From Corallococcus sp. AB038B (lineage in GTDB: Bacteria > Myxococcota > Myxococcia > Myxococcales > Myxococcaceae), in assembly GCF_003668955.1 (NCBI RefSeq), contig NZ_RAWO01000002.1, forward strand, positions 343,605-407,604: 64,000 bases of DNA, read 5' to 3'. Every line of letters begins with the position of its first letter. Position 1 is the stretch's first letter. Both the position numbers and the translations under genes were made by a program. Shown here in pieces: positions 57,693-64,000 of the stretch. Below the pieces are notes generated by a model. The model saw only the letters and a program-made list of their open reading frames with translations. It made no database searches and was not told the DNA's origin.

Positions 57693-58897
57693 GGGGCGGA
57701 CACTTCACGTTGAAGGGCTCGCCCGAGGTGGAGGCGAGGATCTCCCAGGTGGTGGCCGAAGCGGCGGCCGTCATCCACGCGCATGTGCGCCCGGACGAAC
57801 TGCGGACGCTGGCCCTCATTGGCGGCTACGGGCGCGGTGAGGGAGGAGTGGAGAAGAGAGACGGAGTCGAGCGGCCGCACAACAACCTCGACTTCCTCCT
57901 GGTGCTGGAGCGAGCCCCGCGAGAGGGGCTGAAGGCGCGGCTGGACCTGGTGCTGGAGCCGCTGCGCGAGCGGCACGGGCTGGGGTTGGACCTGGGCGTG
58001 ACGACGGTGCGGGCGCTGCGAAGGTCCCCGTGTCAGGTCATCTGGTACGACATGCGGTTCGGCCACAAGACGGTGGCGGGGGATGCGTCGTTCCTCCCGG
58101 GGCTCGAGCACTTCACGCGCGAAGGCATCCCACCCGACGACGTACGGAACCTGGCGGTGAACCGGGGCACGCTGCTGATCATCAACCAGGTGCTGCGAGA
58201 CCAGGGCGCACCGGATGAGGACGCGCGCCGCACCATCCTCCGGCACACGGCGAAGGCCATCATCGGCTACGGCGACGCGCTGCTGTACTTCCTGGGGGCA
58301 TACGACTGGAGCTACGCGGAGAAGCGGCGGCGGATGGCGCTGCGGCACGACGTGCCGGCCGGGTTCCGGAAGCTGTACGACGAGGCGAGCGCCTTCCGCC
58401 TGGAGCCGGACTACGCGCGCTTCGCCCCAAGCGAGCTGGGGCCATGGATGGACGAGGGGAGGGCGAGGCTCGCGGAGGTCCACCTCACGTGTGAGGCCGC
58501 GAGGCTGTCGGTGCCCGGGCTGAAGTGGTCCGGATACGTGGAGCGGGCGTTGAAGCACTCCCTCAAGGAGGGCGGCCTCCAACCGAAGGTCTGGCTGCGA
58601 CGGGTGCGCAACGGCGTGAGGTTCCGGCCAAAGGCTTCACCCGAACTGGGGCTCCGAGCGCGATTGGGGCTGAGGCTCGGAGGGCCGCGAGGGGTGCTGG
58701 CGGCGGCGTTCCCGTTCGTGGCGTTCGAGGTGGGCGGGCCCCGGGACGCAGAGTTCGCGCGACAGCTGCTGGGAGCCGCGAGCCGCGAGCCAGCGGACTT
58801 ACGGCGCGCATATCTGAGGTACTGGGGCGAGTCGGGAGACCCCAACTTCGCGCACGTGGCGAGGAAGCTCGGCCTGCGCCTGGGAGACCATCCATGA
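57689..58897 (+). CDS. Hypothetical protein with possible nucleotidyltransferase (Pol-beta-like) fold
   Basis: LALIGGYGRGEGGVEKRDGVERPHNNLDFLLVL resembles the NTase GS...D.D motif. GTGA overlap upstream and ATGA overlap downstream. Confidence 0.45.
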   Translation: MRGGHFTLKGSPEVEARISQVVAEAAAVIHAHVRPDELRTLALIGGYGRGEGGVEKRDGVERPHNNLDFLLVLERAPREGLKARLDLVLEPLRERHGLGLDLGVTTVRALRRSPCQVIWYDMRFGHKTVAGDASFLPGLEHFTREGIPPDDVRNLAVNRGTLLIINQVLRDQGAPDEDARRTILRHTAKAIIGYGDALLYFLGAYDWSYAEKRRRMALRHDVPAGFRKLYDEASAFRLEPDYARFAPSELGPWMDEGRARLAEVHLTCEAARLSVPGLKWSGYVERALKHSLKEGGLQPKVWLRRVRNGVRFRPKASPELGLRARLGLRLGGPRGVLAAAFPFVAFEVGGPRDAEFARQLLGAASREPADLRRAYLRYWGESGDPNFAHVARKLGLRLGDHP

Positions 58898-59787
58898 GTC
58901 GCAAGGTCACCGTCATCATGCGCTCGAAGGACTCGGCCTGGGTCATAGGCCAGGCGCTCTCCGGCCTGTTCTCGCAGGCGCGCAAGGACTTCGAGTTGCT
59001 CGTGGTGGACTCGGGCTCCAGGGACGCGACGTTGGACATCGTCTCGCGCTTCCCCTGCAAACTGATCCGCATCGACGCCGGGGCGTACTTCCCGGGCGTG
59101 GTGCTCAATCGAGCCATCCGCGAAGCGCAAGGCGACATCATCGTCTTCCAGAACTCCGACGTGGTGCCGCTGACGCCGCAGGCGCTGGACCGGTTGCTGG
59201 AGCCCATCGAGCGCACCGATGCGGACGCGACCTTCGCGCGACAGCTGCCGAGGCCCGAAGCGCACACGTGGGTGCGAAGGGATTACGAAGTGGCATTCCC
59301 AGCGCAGGGAGCGCCGCCGCCCTGGATGACGTACTCGCTGCCATTCGCGGCGATGACGCGGGATGCGTGGCTCAAGCAACCGTTCTACGAGGACGCATGG
59401 GGCTCCGAGGACACGGAGTGGGGACACCGGGCGCGAGGCCACGGGCTCCGGGTGCGCTACGTGCCGGACGCGTGGGTGATGCATTCGCACAACTACACGT
59501 TGAAACAGTTGTACGGGCGCCGCTTCATCGAAGGCGAGGCGGATGCCTTCATCCGGGAGGAGCCCGCATCGCTGACGGGACTGGCCCGGAAGCTGGGCGC
59601 GTCATGGGCAAGGGATGCGGTCGCGCACATCCGGGCGCGAGATGCCGCAGGCCTGGCGCTCTCCGTTCCCCGGCGGCTCGTGTACCACTGGGCTTATTGG
59701 AAGGGACACCAGTGGGGAGAGCAGCGCCTGCGGAGCGGGAACGCGGACGCGAGCGTGGGTCAGCGGGTGGTGCTGCGGCGGCAGTGA
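58894..59787 (+). CDS. Glycosyltransferase family 2
   Basis: VTVIMRSKDSAWVIGQALSGLFSQARKDFELLVVDSGSRDATLDIV is the GT2 N-terminal signature, with a DxD-like region. Confidence 0.75.
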   Translation: MSRKVTVIMRSKDSAWVIGQALSGLFSQARKDFELLVVDSGSRDATLDIVSRFPCKLIRIDAGAYFPGVVLNRAIREAQGDIIVFQNSDVVPLTPQALDRLLEPIERTDADATFARQLPRPEAHTWVRRDYEVAFPAQGAPPPWMTYSLPFAAMTRDAWLKQPFYEDAWGSEDTEWGHRARGHGLRVRYVPDAWVMHSHNYTLKQLYGRRFIEGEADAFIREEPASLTGLARKLGASWARDAVAHIRARDAAGLALSVPRRLVYHWAYWKGHQWGEQRLRSGNADASVGQRVVLRRQ

Positions 59788-59886
59788 GTTTGAGCGCGCA
59801 CCGCGCAGACGTTCCCTATGTCGAGGCCGCGCCTGCGCATCGGGCATGCGGATGCGAGCGTGGGTCAGCGGGTGGTGCTGCGACGG
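59741..59886. repeat. Direct repeat (~46 bp, 2 copies about 98 bp apart) duplicating the 3' end of the GT2 gene at the convergent junction with the downstream GT1 gene
   Basis: gcgga(c/t)gcgagcgtgggtcagcgggtggtgctgcg(g/a)cggcagtg occurs at 59741-59787 and again at 59838-59886. The second copy overlaps the 3' end of the reverse-strand GT1 gene. Confidence 0.6.
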
Positions 59887-61070
59887 CAGTGCGCTTGCTC
59901 CGCACCACGCAGCATCTCCTCGATGCCGAGGACGTAGGCGTCGAGTGAGGCGTGTTCCCTCACGATGTCGAGCGCTCGCTGGACAAGCGACGCCTGTGCC
60001 GCCGCGTCCCGGTGGAGGGCCGCCAGCGCCTCGGCGAAAGCCTCACCCGTGCACGCCTTCACCAGCCGCGACGCGTCGTGCCGCTCGAGAAAGTCGCGAG
60101 CCCCGCCGCTGGGGGACGCCGCCACCGGCAGGCCGCAGGCCATGGCCTCCAGATACGTGAGGCCCTGGCCCTCGTGCTCCAGCTTCGACGCGAACAGAAG
60201 CGCATCCGCGTCCTGATACAGCGGAAGCAACTGCTCGCGGGGCAACTGTCCGGCCCATGCCACGCGTCCGCCCACTCGCAGCGCCCGCGCCCGTTGCCGC
60301 AAGGACGTGAGGTACGCCGGATCGTCCGCCGCGCCCGCCAGCGTGAGGGTGGCCTGGACGCCGCGCTTCTCCAAAGCCGCCAGGGCGTCGATGGCCGCAT
60401 CGGGCGCCTTGCTCGGATGGAGCCGGCCGACGAAGAGCAGCCGAGGCTCTGCGCGCATGGGCCGGAAGGGACGTGGGGTGAAGCGCGACAGGTCCACGCC
60501 CTGCGACCGCACGACACCGAAGCCCAGCGGTACACCCGCCGCGAGGCACGTGCGCCGGACCGCGTCCGAAAGCCACGCGACCCCCGCGGGTTGGATGCCG
60601 GTCCACGTTCGTGAAGGCACCAGCAGCGAGTCGATGACGCCGCCCAGCCGGGCCCAGGGCCGCGCGTCGAGCCCCACGCTGAACGCCACCGGCCAGTCAT
60701 CGTTCACCGTGACGATCGCAGGGACGCCGGCCTCCTGGAGCACCCGCAGCGGCGCGAGCCCCAGTCTCCGCAGGCTCATGACCAGCACCGCGTCCGGCCT
60801 GCCACGGACCTTCAGGTAGCGGCGCACCGCCGCCGTGTTTCGCGCACCGGCCGCGAAGTGTCGGAGGCGATCCCGCCCCGCGGGCTGGCCGAAGCGGCGA
60901 GCCAGGCAAAGGGTCCGCAGCACGCGCCCGTTCTCGGAGCCATCGCCGCTGGTGAGGACATCGACCACGTGGCCGCGCCGCTCCAACCCCTCCACCACAT
61001 CCCGCGCGAGCAGTTCGTAGCCGCCGAGGACGTCGGGCGGGTACAGGTTGGTAAGGACGGTGACTCTCAC
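59865..61070 (-). CDS. Glycosyltransferase family 1 (GT4-type)
   Basis: MRVTVLTNLYPPDVLGGYELLARD N-terminus. C-terminal GT1 motifs (LLFVGRLHPSKAPDAAIDAL, LFASKLEHEGQGLTYLEAMACGLPVAAS). Confidence 0.85.
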   Translation of the reverse strand: MRVTVLTNLYPPDVLGGYELLARDVVEGLERRGHVVDVLTSGDGSENGRVLRTLCLARRFGQPAGRDRLRHFAAGARNTAAVRRYLKVRGRPDAVLVMSLRRLGLAPLRVLQEAGVPAIVTVNDDWPVAFSVGLDARPWARLGGVIDSLLVPSRTWTGIQPAGVAWLSDAVRRTCLAAGVPLGFGVVRSQGVDLSRFTPRPFRPMRAEPRLLFVGRLHPSKAPDAAIDALAALEKRGVQATLTLAGAADDPAYLTSLRQRARALRVGGRVAWAGQLPREQLLPLYQDADALLFASKLEHEGQGLTYLEAMACGLPVAASPSGGARDFLERHDASRLVKACTGEAFAEALAALHRDAAAQASLVQRALDIVREHASLDAYVLGIEEMLRGAEQAHCRRSTTR

Positions 61071-61214
61071 GGGCAGGCCCAGCAGCTTGCAGGGGACATG
61101 CCTCCCGCGAGCGGCTTCCTTGCTGATTCACCGCCCGGATGTCTCGCATTGAGACGTCTCGGAATGGGAATGGGGAAGGAGGGACGCCGCGGGTGGGCGC
61201 GGAGTGTCTGGTCC

Positions 61215-62492
61215 ATGAATTGCGTCTTGCCCGTGCATATGACGGCTGTGGAGCGCCCCGGGCGGCGCGTGGTGCATGTCCTTCGCAAGTACGACCCGCG
61301 CGAGTGGGGCGGGACGGAGACGCACGTCGTGGAGGTGACGCGGCGGCTGGCGGCGTTGGGCTGGGGGCCAGAGGTGCACGCACCGGCGGGGCCCTCGGAG
61401 CCGGATCGAGCGCTGGGCCCCGAGGTCCCGCTGCTGCGCTATCAGGCCTTCTGTCCGTTCCTGGGCCCGGCCGAGAAGCGAAGGGCGCTCATCGCCAATG
61501 CCGGCAACCTGGCCACCTTCGATGAGCCGCTCCGGCTCGCGAAGGACGCAGGCCTCGCCCTGGCGCACCTGCACACGGCGGGGCGAATCGGCGGAGCCGT
61601 GCGGACGGCCATGAGGCTCACGAGGCGCCCCTACGTCATCTCGGTGCATGGGCCCCTGCTGGCGCGGAAGTCCTGGCTGGAGCAGGACACCGCGCGGCGG
61701 CTGTCGGGGCTCATGGATATGGGCCGGCCCATCGGGTGGCTGTTCGGTGCCCGGCGCGTCATCCAGGACGCCGCGCGAGTCATCACCTTCAACGAAGAGG
61801 AGCGTCGCGCCCTGTCCGAGGTGATCGGGGACCGGGCGGTGAGGCTCGATCAGGGCGTGGACCTGGAGCGGATGGCCAAGGGAAGCGCGCAGCGGGCGAG
61901 AGAGCGGTGGCCCCGGTTCGCGCGCGCACGCGTTGTCACCCTGGTGGGGCGCATCTCGCCGCAGAAGAACCAGGTGTTGGCCGTGAGGGCCTTCGCCGCA
62001 GGGGCGCCCGAGGATCACCACCTGGTCCTCGCGGGCGCGACGGTGGACGCCGCCTATGGGGAAAAGCTGAAGCGAGAGATACAGGCACTGGGGCTCGGCG
62101 AGCGCGTCCATGTCCTGGGCAATCTTGACGCGGCCCGCGAGGTTCCGGATCTGCTGGCGCTCTCCAGGCTCGTGCTGGTGCCCTCGGCGCACGAGGCCTT
62201 CGGACTGGCGGTGTTGGAGGCGTGGGCGGCGGGGAGACCGGCCTTGCTCGCGGATCACTCGGGGCTGGCGGATCTCGCCGGAGCCATTGGTCCAGAAGGG
62301 CTGAGCGTGCCGACCCTGGAGGTGGAGGACTGGGCCCAGGCGCTGCGAAAGGCACTCGCCAACCCCGTGCGGCTGGACGTGGCGGCGCGAGCGGGCGCCG
62401 GGCAGGTGCGCCAGCGCTTCAGCTGGGACGTGGTGGCAAGCAAGGTCGCGGAGCTCTACCAAGCGGTCCTCGAGGAAGGAGCGCGGCGATGA
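61215..62492 (+). CDS. Glycosyltransferase family 1 (GT4-type)
   Basis: RVVHVLRKYDPREWGGTETHVVEV ... VTLVGRISPQKNQVLAV ... LVLVPSAHEAFGLAVLEAWAAGRPALLA. Alternative start at 61239. Confidence 0.8.
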   Translation: MNCVLPVHMTAVERPGRRVVHVLRKYDPREWGGTETHVVEVTRRLAALGWGPEVHAPAGPSEPDRALGPEVPLLRYQAFCPFLGPAEKRRALIANAGNLATFDEPLRLAKDAGLALAHLHTAGRIGGAVRTAMRLTRRPYVISVHGPLLARKSWLEQDTARRLSGLMDMGRPIGWLFGARRVIQDAARVITFNEEERRALSEVIGDRAVRLDQGVDLERMAKGSAQRARERWPRFARARVVTLVGRISPQKNQVLAVRAFAAGAPEDHHLVLAGATVDAAYGEKLKREIQALGLGERVHVLGNLDAAREVPDLLALSRLVLVPSAHEAFGLAVLEAWAAGRPALLADHSGLADLAGAIGPEGLSVPTLEVEDWAQALRKALANPVRLDVAARAGAGQVRQRFSWDVVASKVAELYQAVLEEGARR

Positions 62493-63322
62493 TGGACGGA
62501 AGCCCGGTGAGGAGAGGACTCCGTCGCTTGCAGCGGCTGGCGCTGGGACGGCGAGCCCGCACGTTCAACGAGGACGAGCTCCGGTGTCCCGCGATGGTGT
62601 TCGCGCCGCACCCGGATGACGAGACGCTGGGGTGTGGGGGCGCCATCCTCCAGAAGCGGCGCGCGGGAGCAGCGGTGCGGATCGTTCTCCTGACGGACGG
62701 CGCCAGCTCACACGCGCACCTGATCTCACGCGACGAACTGAAGGCGCAGAGGGCGCAAGAGGCGCTGGGCGCGGCGAAGGTCCTGGGAGTGGAGGAGGCG
62801 GACGTCTTCCTGCTGGGCTTTCCCGACGGAGCGCTGGACGCGAACCGGGAGGCGGCAGTGGCCAGGGTGGAGGACCTGCTGCGGAGGCACCGGCCGGAGC
62901 AACTCTTCGTCCCGTACGCTCGGGGCGAACACGCGGACCACGTGAGCACGAACCACCTCGTGCATGAGGCAGTGGCAAGGGTAGGGCGGCCCGTCACGGT
63001 GTTCGAGTACGCGGTATGGGCCTGGAGGCACTGGCCCATGGTGGGCTTCGGAAGGACACGAAGGCAGCAGCGGTCGGTGCTGGCGGGGACGGTGTCGACG
63101 AGGCTGGGACTGCGGATGCTCAAGGACTTCCGGACGAAGGTGTCCCTCCGGGGCGTGGTGGAGCAGAAGCGCGCCGCGCTGGCGCTGCACGCCTCGCAGA
63201 TGGAGCGCCGAGACGCGGAGCCGCGCTGGCACACGCTGCACGACGTGGACGGAGGCGAGTTCCTCCCGTGCTTCTTCGAGGAAGACGAGCTCTACCGGCG
63301 CATCGACATCGCGGCGCGCTGA
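62489..63322 (+). CDS. PIG-L family deacetylase (LmbE-like)
   Basis: MVFAPHPDDETLGCGGAIL and HADH motifs. ATGA-coupled upstream. Confidence 0.85.
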   Translation: MMDGSPVRRGLRRLQRLALGRRARTFNEDELRCPAMVFAPHPDDETLGCGGAILQKRRAGAAVRIVLLTDGASSHAHLISRDELKAQRAQEALGAAKVLGVEEADVFLLGFPDGALDANREAAVARVEDLLRRHRPEQLFVPYARGEHADHVSTNHLVHEAVARVGRPVTVFEYAVWAWRHWPMVGFGRTRRQQRSVLAGTVSTRLGLRMLKDFRTKVSLRGVVEQKRAALALHASQMERRDAEPRWHTLHDVDGGEFLPCFFEEDELYRRIDIAAR

Positions 63323-64000
63323 TGGAGACGAAGTCCCTCCTCTTCCTGGGCCTGTGCGCGGTCGTCATTCCCGCCGGGATACACGCCGTCGGGAGGTCCG
63401 AACGCCTGAAGCACCTCTGCGTCATCCTGCTCGTCTGGGGCACCACCCACGCCTCGGCGGTGTCCCTCAACTTCTTCAGCCGAGCCTGGTACCGCGGCAC
63501 CACGCGTGGCTTCGAGTTCAGCTGGCTCGACTTCCTATGGATCTTCCTGTGGGTGGACGAGCTGCGGCACCGCAAGCCAGTCCAGCGGCGCGAGTGGCCC
63601 CACGGGCTGGCCATCATGGGAGTGTTCCTCGCCTACAACGCGGTGAACGTCCTGCTCTCCGATCCCCGGTTGTTCGGCCTGTTCGAGCTGTCGAAGATGT
63701 TCCGCGCCGTCATGGTGTACGTGACGATCGCGGCCTGCGTGAAGAACGAGCGGGACCTCCGGCGCCTCGTCGCGGCGCTGGCCATCACGGTCATCTACGA
63801 GTGCTTCTGGGTGATTCACTCCCGGGTCGTGTTGGGGCACAGCCGGGCGGACGGGACGCTGTTCCACCCGAACACCGTGTCGATGTTCAACCTCATCGCG
63901 GTCCCGGTGCTGCTCGCGGTGGCGCTCTCGGACGTAGAGCCACGCCTCAAACGTCTGTGCGGCGTGGCCACCTTCCTGGGCTCCATCTCGGTGCTGTGCA
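63322..64000 (+). CDS. O-antigen ligase / Wzy-like polysaccharide polymerase family membrane protein (3' end outside the window)
   Basis: Open frame from ATG 63322 to the window end. Multi-TM sequence METKSLLFLGLCAVVIPAGIHA...VMVYVTIAACVKNERDLRRLVAALAITVIYECFW is typical of the O-antigen ligase/Wzy family. Not in the ORF track because it has no stop. Confidence 0.55.
   Translation, partial: METKSLLFLGLCAVVIPAGIHAVGRSERLKHLCVILLVWGTTHASAVSLNFFSRAWYRGTTRGFEFSWLDFLWIFLWVDELRHRKPVQRREWPHGLAIMGVFLAYNAVNVLLSDPRLFGLFELSKMFRAVMVYVTIAACVKNERDLRRLVAALAITVIYECFWVIHSRVVLGHSRADGTLFHPNTVSMFNLIAVPVLLAVALSDVEPRLKRLCGVATFLGSISVLC

Overview
High-GC (about 70%) myxobacterium-like chromosomal window with three regions. 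Coordinates derived from the sequence rather than the ORF track are good to about +/-2 bp. (1) Positions 1-24.4 kb, + strand: a tightly translationally coupled operon (ATGA/GTGA start-stop overlaps) that looks like the baseplate/spike end of a phage-tail-like contractile injection system (CIS/eCIS-like). It contains two baseplate-J (gp6-like) paralogs, a P2 gpI-like wedge protein fused to a Kelch propeller, a 2535-aa beta-helix giant fibre-like protein, a gpV/gp5-like spike, and five genes without recognisable homologues. The sheath and tube genes are presumably upstream, outside the window. A tandem array of three 69-bp hairpin repeats sits inside this operon, and a fourth copy of the same 27-bp palindrome marks its 3' end. 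(2) Positions 24.6-38.0 kb, - strand, convergent with region 1: an AAA+ ATPase (eCIS Afp15/Pvc15-like) followed by a 2690-aa multidomain protein with annexin repeats, a transmembrane block and a C-terminal HExxH motif, then three small accessory genes. This is a candidate ATPase plus cargo/toxin module. (3) Positions 38-64 kb: housekeeping genes (flavin reductase, Fe-SOD sodB, serC), a Ser/Thr kinase with a TolB-like propeller, an ECF-like sigma factor, and a large Wzx/Wzy/PCP-type polysaccharide biosynthesis locus. That locus carries many glycosyltransferases and an embedded NtrC-family sigma-54 activator flanked by two candidate sigma-54 promoters. Many long antisense ORFs in the track are GC-rich artifacts.
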